DNA of 28,792 nucleotides from a virus (IMGVR_UViG_2778261570_000004:1-28792), one strand, 5' to 3'; counted from the first letter of the stretch, positions 16,528 through 26,527 are shown. The notes: generated from the letters alone by a model not told the origin. Numbers and translations: made by a program.

Positions 16528-16917
16528 TTAAATAACCGGACAATCATCAAATTCCCCACTTCGGGCATCATTGATGACATGAGTGATCACACCAAAAACA
16601 GCATTACTGCCCGTGTATCCATCGTCATCTACTGGTAACGCCTCTTTCTTCCCGGTGCTTAAGTCCTCCAGGTGCTGGCGCGGATACTTCCTGTATCTCT
16701 TTATGCGATATTCACCCTCCATAGCGCACACAAGCAGAGAACCATCAACCGGAGTAAGCGAGGAATCAACCACCAGCAAAGCACCCTGCAATATTCCCTC
16801 ACGGTGATGGCTATCAGCTGCCCGCATGAAGTAGGTCGCTGAAGGATGTCTAATTATCTGCTGATCAAGAGAAATTCGGCTTTCAACATAATCCGCCGCA
16901 GGAGAAGGGAAGCCCAT
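16528..16917 (-). CDS. humD: UmuD-like protein (HumD)
   Basis: UmuD-family motifs (FPSPAADY, ATYFMRA); lies between hot and phd-doc as in P1. Confidence 0.75.
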   Translation of the reverse strand: MGFPSPAADYVESRISLDQQIIRHPSATYFMRAADSHHREGILQGALLVVDSSLTPVDGSLLVCAMEGEYRIKRYRKYPRQHLEDLSTGKKEALPVDDDGYTGSNAVFGVITHVINDARSGEFDDCPVI

Positions 16918-16937
16918 AGCGTTTTACCTCAATGATA

Positions 16938-16953
16938 CTGTTTATTCATACAG
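16938..16953. promoter_or_regulatory. LexA box (CTGT-N8-ACAG)
   Basis: taCTGTTTATTCATACAGta, 20-35 bp upstream of the humD start. Confidence 0.7.
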
Positions 16954-17040
16954 TATACATTGAAAAGGCATAGTTTGTGAAAGCGGGGTTTGTAGGCGCG
17001 CCACGCTGGGGGCTAATCACATTTCTCCCCCATCTTGCCG

Positions 17041-17292
17041 TTATTTTTTTGGTGCATCCTCGTTCTGATACACCGGATCGCTCCCTTTTGGCAACTGGAG
17101 GCTTAACTGCCGGTAGTGCCGTAGCCGTTCCATGAAATAGGCGCGCAGGTTTTCCGGTTGCTCACGGGCCACCTGCTCTGCAATCACAGGTATATTCAGC
17201 CGTTCTTTGTAAGCAACGCCGCTGGCGGCAAGGTCTACGTTCACCTTGTCTCGCTCTTCCTGGCTTTTAGCTGCTATATTTCGATCTGACAC
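17041..17292 (-). CDS. hot: Hot, homolog of DNA polymerase III theta subunit
   Basis: [43 protein letters not shown] matches the HolE/theta family. Confidence 0.75.
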   Translation of the reverse strand: MSDRNIAAKSQEERDKVNVDLAASGVAYKERLNIPVIAEQVAREQPENLRAYFMERLRHYRQLSLQLPKGSDPVYQNEDAPKK

Positions 17293-17324
17293 AAGAAACC
17301 TCCAGGAGTTAGTGGATCAGGCAC

Positions 17325-17675
17325 ATGCACAATAACGTTCTCAATGTTAGCCGTTCAATTCAGACAATCAGAGACTGCACCAGTGTGGTGGCATCAATCC
17401 CATTGCGAAACAGCATAGACGAACTGCAAATTCGTGTATTGAATCCGAATCAGGCTAATAAGCAATTGCGCTTTATTTTGACGCTGAAAAGTGAAACAGA
17501 GGGGATAAAGCACAGCGTAAAAGTGTTTTCTGAGGCCATTCTGCTTAATGGGAAGCTCCGGCATCTGGTAAGGCCAGAACGTCAATATCCTGACGTCCTG
17601 GCGCGTGAAAAAGACCTTCTTTCTGAAGTTCAGGATAGGGTGATCGATTTCGTCAAATGCTATCCCCTGCATTGA
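17325..17675 (+). CDS. hypothetical protein (116 aa), weakly supported
   Basis: ORF in the 367-bp gap between the leftward operon and hot; no convincing SD. Confidence 0.3.
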   Translation: MHNNVLNVSRSIQTIRDCTSVVASIPLRNSIDELQIRVLNPNQANKQLRFILTLKSETEGIKHSVKVFSEAILLNGKLRHLVRPERQYPDVLAREKDLLSEVQDRVIDFVKCYPLH

Positions 17676-17944
17676 GGGCAGGTGTTCCCTTCCGCAAAGT
17701 AGGGAAAATTGCTATCAAGTTCATCACACCATCTGCGATGGTCGTAGCACCAAAACGCCTCCCACGGTGCACGGAAATACTTCATCCACCAGGACACTCG
17801 ATCAGGTATATCTGCTGGTGGCAGTTCTTCTGGCAATAATTTGCCTGATAATTCCCTTTCCGCCCGCGACAGCATTTTTTTGAGGCTCGCGTTCTCTTTT
17901 TCAAGCTCATCTACGCGCACCTGTAATTCAGCTTTCGTTGGCAT
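17660..17944 (-). CDS. hypothetical small protein with C-terminal CPQC motif (about 94 aa)
   Basis: Start moved to the internal ATG preceded by GAGGTGG; N-terminal coiled-coil-like segment. Confidence 0.45.
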   Translation of the reverse strand: MPTKAELQVRVDELEKENASLKKMLSRAERELSGKLLPEELPPADIPDRVSWWMKYFRAPWEAFWCYDHRRWCDELDSNFPYFAEGNTCPQCRG

Positions 17945-18944
17945 GGTCCACCTCATGCTTTTCAGCCACCAGCGGCAATAAAGCCCTGGCCATCTTATGA
18001 ACCAATAGTGCATCAATAATGCCAAGCGTATGCCCCGGCTTAATGTTTAATGCCGCCTCAAGGCGACACCTTTCCAGACCACTTTTCTCGGCTTGTTTAT
18101 GATGATCTGGTGTAATAACGTCGCCCAAAACACGGCTAATTCTTTCTCGTAATTGCTGGGTGCCAGCACACTTGATCGCTGTATCGTGGAGACGGTTAAC
18201 CAGTTCGCGATAAACATGCGGCTTAATGCGGATACGTTCACCGGTGACGCCCTTTCCTGGCGCTGGCACCGAACTATCCGGAATATCCGGATAGTTGCCT
18301 GCCAGTCTACGCAACACAGCCTTAACGGCCTCAATACGGTCATCATCGCAACTTTCCGCCGTATCTATGCGGTCGAGCATGATGATGGCGTTATCAATAT
18401 CAGGATTGCCGGTCCACTCATTACCGCGATTGGATTCGGCAGCCTGGTTACCAGATGCGGGTTGATTGTCGGCCTTACCCAGCCTGTCGTCGCTGCATGA
18501 ATGCCCTTCCAGCCAGGCCAATGCTTGTCGCATGAAATACGCAATATGTTTGCCGTGGTAATCGTCTTCATCGATGTGAAAAGCGATACTGCGGATGTAT
18601 TCAATTGCGTTTTCGATGGCCTCTAACGCTATCGGCGCTGGCGGAGTGGTATATAATTTTCGACATTTGTATATCCAACCGGCATGGTCAGGCGTGTCTG
18701 TAAAGCGCAAATCGTCTTCGTAGCACTCACGACTTCGTTCTTTCCATTCCGTCCACGGAACACCGCTATTCCAAGTGGGGCGAGTGCAGGACTGATACAG
18801 AACAGGCTCTGCTTCCAGCGATGCCAGAGCAATTCGTGCCAGTTCTTCCGCTTCTTCTGCTGGCAGTACAACGTTGCTACCAGGTCCGTATGTTTCGCGC
18901 CACTGTTTGATTGTCAGCAGTCGCTCTTTGGTTATAGTGGTCAT
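17928..18944 (-). CDS. hypothetical protein (338 aa)
   Basis: ORF; C-terminal segment AGTQQLRERISRVL resembles a segment of the 25916 protein. Confidence 0.6.
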   Translation of the reverse strand: MTTITKERLLTIKQWRETYGPGSNVVLPAEEAEELARIALASLEAEPVLYQSCTRPTWNSGVPWTEWKERSRECYEDDLRFTDTPDHAGWIYKCRKLYTTPPAPIALEAIENAIEYIRSIAFHIDEDDYHGKHIAYFMRQALAWLEGHSCSDDRLGKADNQPASGNQAAESNRGNEWTGNPDIDNAIIMLDRIDTAESCDDDRIEAVKAVLRRLAGNYPDIPDSSVPAPGKGVTGERIRIKPHVYRELVNRLHDTAIKCAGTQQLRERISRVLGDVITPDHHKQAEKSGLERCRLEAALNIKPGHTLGIIDALLVHKMARALLPLVAEKHEVDHANES

Positions 18945-19150
18945 TTATTAATCCTCAAAACTTTATGCCCGGGTGCAAAAGCACGCGTTTTGTCTTTGCT
19001 TATTCGCCAGCCATCCTTACGCGCCTCTTTTGCACAGCCAGTCCATGACGTACCGATATATTCACCGAAGTCTGGCGTTTGATATTTACCATTTGTACAC
19101 TGGCGACAATCACAATAGAGATGCATTGTGTAACTTGCGGCAATAGCCAT
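18941..19150 (-). CDS. small Cys-containing protein (about 69 aa)
   Basis: ORF with CDCRQC motif; start chosen just after upstream stop. Confidence 0.45.
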   Translation of the reverse strand: MAIAASYTMHLYCDCRQCTNGKYQTPDFGEYIGTSWTGCAKEARKDGWRISKDKTRAFAPGHKVLRINK

Positions 19151-19151
19151 A

Positions 19152-19850
19152 TCAGTCTCCTTTGATGCCAATGTTTACAGCCTGGCAAGCCTCTTTGAGC
19201 ACCCAGTCAACCGCGTCTTTCCATGCTCCGGTTTCGACTGGCGGATTCTCACGCTTAACCTGTTCATAAAAGCGCACGGCTTTAACCAGTCCTTCCGGTA
19301 CTACTGGTGATGGCTGTTTAGCTTCTAAATCAGCAATTCTGTCAACCACGGCATCTACGGCATCTGAAAAGCCGAACCAGTTACTCCACTCCGGCCTATC
19401 CCCGGTTGCTGCAAAGTACATATCAGCTAAAGCAGACTCAGCATGGTCACGCTCGTTAATGAGTTGCTCTTCGCTTTTCTCCAGTTCAGCAATACGCTTA
19501 CTTCCATCCGAGAGAACACCTTCGTAATACTCGCGCTGCTCGTTGAGTTTTGATTTTGTCTCCTCAAGCTCAACTCTCAGCTTCCCAACCGTAAGAGCAA
19601 TATCCTCGTTCTCCTGGTCGCGGCGTTTTATGTATTGCTGGTTTCTTTCCCGTTCATCCAGTAGTGCCAGCACGGTTTCTGGTCCGGCCAGAAATTTGAA
19701 GGCGTTGAGCGCATCAATATCCACACCGTAATCTTTAAGTTCCTGTTCGCTTATCAGATCATCATCAACTGGCAACATTAACAGGCGTTCCATTGCCGGA
19801 ATTGCACGTTCTGCCGCCTCACGCAGTGCCTGATAGTTAATTTTGGTCAT
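19152..19850 (-). CDS. Ead/Ea22-like coiled-coil protein, paralog 1
   Basis: N-terminal NYQALREAAERA motif as recalled for the Ead/Ea22 family. Confidence 0.6.
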   Translation of the reverse strand: MTKINYQALREAAERAIPAMERLLMLPVDDDLISEQELKDYGVDIDALNAFKFLAGPETVLALLDERERNQQYIKRRDQENEDIALTVGKLRVELEETKSKLNEQREYYEGVLSDGSKRIAELEKSEEQLINERDHAESALADMYFAATGDRPEWSNWFGFSDAVDAVVDRIADLEAKQPSPVVPEGLVKAVRFYEQVKRENPPVETGAWKDAVDWVLKEACQAVNIGIKGD

Positions 19851-19851
19851 A

Positions 19852-20151
19852 TCACATCACCCTGAAGCCGTTGCATTTACGTAAAAAATCGCAGATATAG
19901 CCCTTCATTTTTTCGTGCCAATCTCGATCATTCCCATTGCACCAACCATCAGGTGGAGTCCAGTTTTCTATCAGAGCAGCCATTTTCTTTGCTTTCGCCG
20001 GAGTAGCTGTTGCGGTATCGCAGTAATGACGAGTGTCAACCAACGTATCCATACCATCGATATCAAGTACGCAAAACCATGTGTGATTCGGCATTTCAAC
20101 AGATGGTATTTGTTGCCCGCGTCGACGTTTATCAATAAGACATACAGTCAC
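19852..20151 (-). CDS. hypothetical protein (99 aa)
   Basis: ORF, tightly packed in operon. Confidence 0.5.
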   Translation of the reverse strand: MTVCLIDKRRRGQQIPSVEMPNHTWFCVLDIDGMDTLVDTRHYCDTATATPAKAKKMAALIENWTPPDGWCNGNDRDWHEKMKGYICDFLRKCNGFRVM

Positions 20152-20828
20152 TGGTTGCCTCCTTTGCGAAGCTGGGCAGCAAAGTCAACTAACCACTCAG
20201 TCATTTCAACCTTCCCTACCAGGTCTGAACCAGGGTGCATACAGCAATCACTCTGCGCCGCTTTGAAATCCTTATACTCATATTCTTGGGCCACCAGATT
20301 TTTTGCAGCTTCTATAGCAGCATCCACCCCCTGCGCCCGAACTTCAGCCAGGAAAGCATCAGTGGTTGGCGTTTCAGGTATCTGTCTCCTCATCCGTTCT
20401 ATTGCATGATTGAACCCGAAGTCTTCCGCGAGAGATACGTCATCCATATTGTCATTGTCATCCTCAATATCCCGTGATTCTGGAATTGCAGACTTTATTC
20501 CCGCATTCTCCGCTGCCAGCGCCGCGCACTTGGCTTCAAGAGCGGCAACCACTTCCTGATGGTCTTTGTACTTAACGTATGAGCCGGAGATGTCATCACC
20601 TTCGGTGTTTAGCCATGCGTCATTGCAATTCACTGCGTAGGTTCTGATGCTGATGCTCTCCCGCCCCTGACAGACGCCAGGCCAGTCAATAAAGTATCCG
20701 CAATGCCTACCCTCAGACGTGCGCGCAGGATAAATGCCGTTATGACCCGGCAAAATATATGCTACCCATTCATCTTGCGTTGCCTGCTCCGCTGCCTCGC
20801 GCAACTCCTGATAGTTAGTTTCACTCAC
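20148..20828 (-). CDS. Ead/Ea22-like protein, paralog 2
   Basis: NYQELREAAEQATQDEW N-terminus; shares CAALAAENAG, TDAFLAEVRAQGV and AAQLRKGG segments with paralogs. Confidence 0.6.
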   Translation of the reverse strand: MSETNYQELREAAEQATQDEWVAYILPGHNGIYPARTSEGRHCGYFIDWPGVCQGRESISIRTYAVNCNDAWLNTEGDDISGSYVKYKDHQEVVAALEAKCAALAAENAGIKSAIPESRDIEDDNDNMDDVSLAEDFGFNHAIERMRRQIPETPTTDAFLAEVRAQGVDAAIEAAKNLVAQEYEYKDFKAAQSDCCMHPGSDLVGKVEMTEWLVDFAAQLRKGGNQ

Positions 20829-21015
20829 TATCTGCTCCTTCCGCTTTCTCTGCTTTATTCGCCATGATTTCCAGCTTTTGTGCTGCTGATGCCGCTAACA
20901 TTTGAAATTCTTCATCTGTTTCAACTGGAATTGGTACAAACCTGACTCCAATTTGAGCAAGGCTATGCGCCATCTCTAGACTTGCTCTTAACTCTGCTGG
21001 TGAGGCTTTATTCAT
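20821..21015 (-). CDS. hypothetical small protein (64 aa)
   Basis: ORF overlapping neighbour by 8 nt. Confidence 0.4.
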   Translation of the reverse strand: MNKASPAELRASLEMAHSLAQIGVRFVPIPVETDEEFQMLAASAAQKLEIMANKAEKAEGADSE

Positions 21016-21111
21016 TTGGCTTCCTCCTTCCGATACATCATGATTACCAGGCCTCCCTTTGTAGTAATGCGGATGGTGCTGCCTGGCTCCATGCTCATGC
21101 CTTTATCCCAA

Positions 21112-22107
21112 TCAGTTATTAAACGTGATTACTCCGCGCTCGATGGCGAAGTCAAAAAGCTGGTTAGCGGCTACGTAAAGGCGTATGCCATGTGCTTTTT
21201 CCCATGCCCGGACATCGTTTTCTGCGCTTCTGGCGCAGTCATCGCAAAGAGGAACAGCCCAGCGGTCGTGTTCGTTTAACGAGCGGGCGCGGTACATGAA
21301 CGGGTGGTTAACTTTGCCACCGCATCCGATGCACGGACGAGAAACCACAAACCGGAGATAAGCCGGGCTTTTACCGAGGACCGCTTTTGGTCGGCGCATA
21401 TAAAGCAGGCCGGAATCCTCATCTACAGACAGGTTGACGATCTGCTCTGCGGTTATGTCCACCAGCTCGCGGGTACTGTGCTCCCAGGTGATATCTGATT
21501 CTTTCAGCGTACCGGTAGGGATTTCAGTTTTTGGCTGACAAAATGCAATGCGACCGGCTTCATCTGGTAGCTCATCTTTCAGATTCCGGCGAATGGCCCA
21601 AAAAGTGAGTTCAACCATGCTCAGATCGCGATCTGGCGGAAGTTTTAACTCGCTGGCAGCCCAGTTCATAATCCAGTTGGCGCGATTCAGTGACAGTTGG
21701 TCTTCCAGCTTGCCGTATCCCTTCATCATGTATTCCGCATCATGCTTCCAGCACAGGCGAACGGCAGAACCGTTATAGAAATGGGTGGTTAGCTGGTGGC
21801 TGCAATCGCGCTTATCATGCGCCTGGCAATCGTGAATGTTGGTGCTAACCCAGTGAACGAGAGAATCCTCACCACCTAACGCGTTAAATACGCGCTCACT
21901 TTGAAAAAAGGGTGCCAGTGACTGGTTGGTAACCAGTGAATAATTCAGGTCAACGACACCATCAGGGGTGTTTTCAGCCTGTTCACGCGGCAATGGGGAT
22001 ATAAGAAAACGACGTCCTGCGCCGATGTAATTGCTGGTGGGCTTATCTACAGGAAAGACAGCCACACCAGTTTCATTTACGACATATGGGGTGATTATTG
22101 CACTCAT
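21112..22107 (-). CDS. hypothetical protein with C-terminal Cys cluster (331 aa)
   Basis: CIGCGG...PLCDDC putative zinc-binding C-terminus. Confidence 0.6.
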   Translation of the reverse strand: MSAIITPYVVNETGVAVFPVDKPTSNYIGAGRRFLISPLPREQAENTPDGVVDLNYSLVTNQSLAPFFQSERVFNALGGEDSLVHWVSTNIHDCQAHDKRDCSHQLTTHFYNGSAVRLCWKHDAEYMMKGYGKLEDQLSLNRANWIMNWAASELKLPPDRDLSMVELTFWAIRRNLKDELPDEAGRIAFCQPKTEIPTGTLKESDITWEHSTRELVDITAEQIVNLSVDEDSGLLYMRRPKAVLGKSPAYLRFVVSRPCIGCGGKVNHPFMYRARSLNEHDRWAVPLCDDCARSAENDVRAWEKAHGIRLYVAANQLFDFAIERGVITFNN

Positions 22108-22146
22108 AATGCATACCGACTCTGTTTTGTTCCGAGCGGTAAAATA

Positions 22147-22187
22147 ATATGTTAGAAAACTAAAATCAATGTTCTAACGTAATTTTG
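22147..22187. promoter_or_regulatory. operator-like motif pair (ATATGTTAGAAAACTAAAAT plus ATGTTCTAACGTAATTTTG)
   Basis: Two motif copies, GTTAGAA and inverted TTCTAAC, in the intergenic gap inside the leftward operon. Confidence 0.45.
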
Positions 22188-22205
22188 AGTGCGTAAATGA
22201 TTTGA

Positions 22206-22898
22206 TCAGACTTTAAGCTGCCCTCCCTTCACCTGCATTAGCGTCAGATTTCCGCAAAAAACCGCACCCGTGTCTATGTAGTGCTGATTCCAGTATGCTT
22301 TTGGTCTTCGTACCGGTGTGTGCCCAAAGATAAAGCGATCTGCGCCTGTGATTTCTCCACCAATGCCATCTATCGAATCACCGACGCGACTGCGCGACCA
22401 GACAACATCAAAAAGCGACACATCCTTACCGAACTGGTACTCTCCACCTGGATAGTCGGCATGGGCTATAACGATAGTTTCATGCCCGGTGTTCAACTCA
22501 ATGATATAGGGCAGACGTCTTACCAACTCCACCAGCGCCCTGGCTAATATTTCCTGATCAGCGTCCAGCATGAAGAACCATTGTCCGCCATTCATTAGCC
22601 AGTTATTCACGTTGCCATCAGGACTTAACGCATCGATCATTAATCGCTCGTGGTTTCCCATAACTGACCGAAACCAGGGCATCTGCAATAGCTCCAGGCA
22701 TTCAACATTTTCGGTGCCGCGATCGATAAGGTCGCCAACCGATATCAGTAAATCCTGCGCCGGGTCAAAATCCACACGATGGAGTTCGGACATCAGTCTG
22801 GTGTAGCAACCATGCAGATCACCAACAACCCATATGTTTCTGTAGCCAGAACCATCAATACGGCTATATAAATTCACTTCATGCATAGCCTGGATCAT
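22206..22898 (-). CDS. Ser/Thr protein phosphatase (lambda-PPase / calcineurin-like metallophosphoesterase)
   Basis: GDLHG, GDLIDRG and GNHE motifs; start set at the ATGA overlap with the upstream gene. Confidence 0.85.
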   Translation of the reverse strand: MIQAMHEVNLYSRIDGSGYRNIWVVGDLHGCYTRLMSELHRVDFDPAQDLLISVGDLIDRGTENVECLELLQMPWFRSVMGNHERLMIDALSPDGNVNNWLMNGGQWFFMLDADQEILARALVELVRRLPYIIELNTGHETIVIAHADYPGGEYQFGKDVSLFDVVWSRSRVGDSIDGIGGEITGADRFIFGHTPVRRPKAYWNQHYIDTGAVFCGNLTLMQVKGGQLKV

Positions 22899-23206
22899 GC
22901 GGCAACCTTCTCCCGCAGCCAGATACAAACTGGACCATCTTCAGTGTCATGGATAGAGCCAACAAACCAGCCTTCACCCTCTGGTCGCTCCGGTTCCCAG
23001 GCGGCAATATCGGGTCCAGCTGCGTCCAGATCAAAATCATCTTCATCCATACTGCGAATAGTCCACTGAAGATTATTTTCCTTCATCCAGGCGTCAAATT
23101 CCTCAGTGGAAATATATTCACGACCTGCGCAAAACTTCTCATACTCCGGATGTGTCCAGCAGCCATATTCATCACGTTCTACCGGCATTTCTTTAATGAT
23201 GCTCAC
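22895..23206 (-). CDS. hypothetical acidic protein (103 aa)
   Basis: ORF, coupled. Confidence 0.5.
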   Translation of the reverse strand: MSIIKEMPVERDEYGCWTHPEYEKFCAGREYISTEEFDAWMKENNLQWTIRSMDEDDFDLDAAGPDIAAWEPERPEGEGWFVGSIHDTEDGPVCIWLREKVAA

Positions 23207-23427
23207 TCTTCATCCTCCAAGTCGGCAACGGCCTCCATCACATCAGAACCGCGAATAACCTCAAAAGCACGGCAGGCCATTTCAAACACCTGTTGTTCTT
23301 GCGGATGCGGTGACTCCCAATACTTAAAACCAGGTCGATGCTCGTAACCCATCATGGAATAAAAATCGCCAGCAAGTTCAATCGCGGCATCAACAAGTTC
23401 GCGATTTGTCATCGTCTGTTCTGTCAT
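23203..23427 (-). CDS. hypothetical protein (74 aa)
   Basis: ORF, coupled. Confidence 0.45.
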   Translation of the reverse strand: MTEQTMTNRELVDAAIELAGDFYSMMGYEHRPGFKYWESPHPQEQQVFEMACRAFEVIRGSDVMEAVADLEDEE

Positions 23428-23699
23428 TTGGTTTTCTCCTGTCTGAACATCACTATCATCAGGTCGCCTTTTGTCGCTATTCTGGCTGTTGTGCCTGGTT
23501 CAATGCGGCTAAGCTCAAATGCGTCATAGAACGCTTCTAATGCCTTCTGGCGTAGTTCCTGTTTGCGCCGTTTTTTCCACTCTTTTAGGAAAATGGAACC
23601 CAGCCATCGCCAGGTACGGGACATGATGTAAAGCCAACCGAAAAGTGCCAGACCGGTATTTAGGGCCGTATCGATTGTTATCGTGGTGTCGATATTCAC
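23424..23699 (-). CDS. small membrane protein (91 aa)
   Basis: Hydrophobic segment LALFGWLYIMS followed by basic stretch. Confidence 0.45.
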   Translation of the reverse strand: MNIDTTITIDTALNTGLALFGWLYIMSRTWRWLGSIFLKEWKKRRKQELRQKALEAFYDAFELSRIEPGTTARIATKGDLMIVMFRQEKTK

Positions 23700-23944
23700 T
23701 GTGGTGGCTCCTGCTTTTCTGCCTTCAATACCATGCGAGAACCATCATCCAGCTCCCAATTAATTTCACCGCCTTCTGCCATGACAAGATGCCAAACGAG
23801 TTGTGCGGCCTCGTTGGTTACATCGCGACCGCGATCATTGCCGACACGACGTTTTGTTCCATCCCCTAAGTCACGCATTTTTGCCAACACGATGGTTTTT
23901 GATAGCGGTGAAAAACCAAGCTGTAGTCGTGCTGAATTGCTCAC
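23696..23944 (-). CDS. hypothetical protein (82 aa)
   Basis: ORF, coupled. Confidence 0.45.
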   Translation of the reverse strand: MSNSARLQLGFSPLSKTIVLAKMRDLGDGTKRRVGNDRGRDVTNEAAQLVWHLVMAEGGEINWELDDGSRMVLKAEKQEPPQ

Positions 23945-24606
23945 TGTTTCCCTCCCTTGCGAAGCTGGGCGGCTAACTCGTCACATATGTGCGTCAAGGA
24001 GCAAAGTTTGATTGATGGATGTTCGCGCATCATCTCAACCCCCTGCGCCCGTACTTCAGCTAGGAAAGCGTCGGTGGCTGGCATATTTCCTGTTGCCTTC
24101 ATGGCCTCCAAAATAACCAGAACGCCATCTCTCCCAACCTCCTCACAGATAACCTCAGTGTTGTCGCCAACAACATCGCAGAATGCCTGAACTGCTTTAC
24201 GAGCCAGCTCATTCTCCGCCACCAGCGCCGCGCGATTACCCTCCAGCTCTGCAATGCGCTGTTTTGCGGTATCAAGTTCAATCGATAATTTTTCCAACTG
24301 CTCTTTATGCTTCTTATATTCCTGATATGCGTGCCAGGACTGACCTTTGCGCACACTATCAGTAATATCAGTAATCTGTTCTGGTGTTAGCGTAGTCAGT
24401 GGCTGTGCTGGGAAAATCAGCACTTTCCCGGAATCCCAATCAAAACCAGCGTGAATTGACTGAACCTCAACTGAGGGTGTTGAACCAATGCTGCCAGGCG
24501 AATGAACAACGATCGTTACATCCATATCGCGACGATGGCTGTGGTTGTTGGACAAAATACGATTCACCAACTCAGAAAATTTGGAGAATTTCATGCGGAG
24601 CCTCAA
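23941..24606 (-). CDS. protein with Ea22-like C-terminal module, paralog 3
   Basis: C-terminal TDAFLAEVRAQGV...AAQLRKGGKQ shared with the 20148 protein. Confidence 0.55.
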   Translation of the reverse strand: MRLRMKFSKFSELVNRILSNNHSHRRDMDVTIVVHSPGSIGSTPSVEVQSIHAGFDWDSGKVLIFPAQPLTTLTPEQITDITDSVRKGQSWHAYQEYKKHKEQLEKLSIELDTAKQRIAELEGNRAALVAENELARKAVQAFCDVVGDNTEVICEEVGRDGVLVILEAMKATGNMPATDAFLAEVRAQGVEMMREHPSIKLCSLTHICDELAAQLRKGGKQ

Positions 24607-25013
24607 TATGCAAAATAGACCGTTGCCACGCCGTTATAGTGATCAAACGATACGGCGTTTACTTCATAGCTGGCAGGGAGCTTCGAGCCGAGAACATATC
24701 CGGGCCACGTTTTCCATGGAATTTCTCTGCTCTCACTATCCCCATATACCGTACATCCAAGTGAACCTACAGCCTCGTCAGAACGTTTGCCGCATGTTAT
24801 GAAACCTATATTTTTCTTGCCGGTCTTAATGGCGATTGGGTGAACACTGGCTGATGCATTGGCAGCACGCTGTGACTGTTGGTTTGCGATATTCGCAGAG
24901 TTCGCAGCAGCTACAGCAGCCGTGGTCGCGGCGGTAGATGCCACAATAACTGCTGAAGCCTGCGCCTGTTGGGTAATGGTCAGCAATGCCGCCACAAAAA
25001 TCATCTTCTTCAC
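24603..25013 (-). CDS. secreted protein with signal peptide (136 aa)
   Basis: MKKMIFVAALLTITQQAQA signal-like N-terminus, Ala/Thr-rich linker. Confidence 0.55.
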   Translation of the reverse strand: MKKMIFVAALLTITQQAQASAVIVASTAATTAAVAAANSANIANQQSQRAANASASVHPIAIKTGKKNIGFITCGKRSDEAVGSLGCTVYGDSESREIPWKTWPGYVLGSKLPASYEVNAVSFDHYNGVATVYFAY

Positions 25014-25612
25014 TTGTCAGCTCCTTTGCGAATCTGTTCCGCCCATTCTTCAAGGGATTTCTCCGCATATTCACCGGACAGGCCATCAATCGGGTGCGGT
25101 TCATTAGCCAACTCTTCTTTCGCTGACAGAATCATGCGCGTAACGTCGAAAACTTCACGTAAAGACTTATTGATAAATCCGTGGTTGAAAGCAGCAGCAA
25201 GACGGCTGGCGGTATAGTTAATCCCCTCGTTGCGTGCTTCCGAACGAATTTCAGCAAGGCATTTGCGAAACTCGGAAACGTACTGTTCGACGCTCATTCC
25301 CCAGCTAAGTGGACATTCATTGAATGTTTCGCCTTCGTGCTCTTCATCAGGTAGCTCTTTGGTAAAGAACTCACGTTCAATGGCGTGGAGTGTGTCAGCA
25401 AAACGACGTAAGTTACTCAAACCTGTCGTAATGGAGAATTCAGGAGCATCACATCCGACGCCCATCTGCTGATAAACGGCGGTTTTGAAGGCCTTAAGCC
25501 CCGCATTCTCCGCCGCCAGCGCAGCACACGCTTTCTCAAGTCGGGAAATTTCCGTTACATACTCAGCGTTACGCTCTGCCAGTTGTGCGGGCGTTAAACC
25601 TTCAGACTTCAT
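25010..25612 (-). CDS. coiled-coil protein sharing Ea22-like segment, paralog 4
   Basis: CAALAAENAGLK segment shared with the 20148 protein. Confidence 0.55.
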   Translation of the reverse strand: MKSEGLTPAQLAERNAEYVTEISRLEKACAALAAENAGLKAFKTAVYQQMGVGCDAPEFSITTGLSNLRRFADTLHAIEREFFTKELPDEEHEGETFNECPLSWGMSVEQYVSEFRKCLAEIRSEARNEGINYTASRLAAAFNHGFINKSLREVFDVTRMILSAKEELANEPHPIDGLSGEYAEKSLEEWAEQIRKGADK

Positions 25613-25919
25613 ACACTCTCCTTTCGAAATAAACGTACTGATTAATCATGCCCAGGGGCATTTCGAGTTTTTCCGCGATCTCACGGCGGGGAACACCACA
25701 CTGATGAAGCTGCCGTGCCAGTTCTATATCGCTCTGCCGGTATTTGGCTGACGGATGAAAGTCTCCTTTCAGAATCATGCTGATCCCCAACTCCCGCGCT
25801 TTAGTCCTGACGGCATCACCGGTACGACCGATCAGCTTCCCAATACTCTCGACCGTCATAGTTCCGGCGCACTGGCGGAGTATCATGATTTCTGCCCTTC
25901 CCCATCCCCGCCAGCTCAC
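25602..25919 (-). CDS. small HTH DNA-binding protein (105 aa)
   Basis: Two HTH-like segments (SIGKLIGRTGDAVRTKARELGI, IELARQLHQCGVPRREIAEKL). Confidence 0.5.
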   Translation of the reverse strand: MSWRGWGRAEIMILRQCAGTMTVESIGKLIGRTGDAVRTKARELGISMILKGDFHPSAKYRQSDIELARQLHQCGVPRREIAEKLEMPLGMINQYVYFERRVYEV

Positions 25920-26527
25920 GCAGAACTCCTTCTAACCAAAAGAACGCCATCTTCAGAAACAACGTTGCAGGACTTCAGGTAATTCATTGCCTCTTTCGGT
26001 AATGGATTCTTTGGATCGGCGTTTGCCAGGGATTTCGATAACCTCATGATAAATTTGATCATTACCTTCTGGCGGAGCTTGTGCTCATGAGATAAAGAAA
26101 GGTAATAGGAAATGGTATGGGCTAAACGCTCACGAAGCTGTTCTGTGCCGTGATATACAGCAGCGATATCACGCAGTGCATTGACCAGTTCCCGGTAAAT
26201 ATGCAGAGCAACCTGGCATTCAATGTTGGTTGGTGACTCATAAATTACAGTCAGCCCCAGCTTTTCAGCCAGCGCGTGCTCTGCACGAGCACCAATCGAT
26301 TCCTCCCATCGATTGAGCAAGTAGATCGCATCAGCAGAACGCACCATTGCCAGGCAAATATCCATGTATTCACTCTGACAAAGGCCACCAGGTAACACAG
26401 CTGGATTCAGAACGATATGCCCTTCAGCCATCAGCTCACTCGCTTTCGTATTAAACGCCGCACGGTTGTAATCTGGATAACCAGTCATCGGCCCCGCGAT
26501 GTAAATTTTCAAAACACGTTTCACCAT
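25916..26527 (-). CDS. DUF4406 / nucleoside 2-deoxyribosyltransferase-like domain protein
   Basis: KIYIAGPMTG...W.ES.GA..E pattern; start set at the ATG coupled to the upstream micro-ORF (track ORF extends to 26554). Confidence 0.6.
   Translation of the reverse strand: MVKRVLKIYIAGPMTGYPDYNRAAFNTKASELMAEGHIVLNPAVLPGGLCQSEYMDICLAMVRSADAIYLLNRWEESIGARAEHALAEKLGLTVIYESPTNIECQVALHIYRELVNALRDIAAVYHGTEQLRERLAHTISYYLSLSHEHKLRQKVMIKFIMRLSKSLANADPKNPLPKEAMNYLKSCNVVSEDGVLLVRRSSA

Noticed and set aside
22281-22806. Forward-strand ORFs (88 aa and 78 aa) within the phosphatase region
   Set aside because: Antisense to the phosphatase gene, which has three conserved catalytic motifs.
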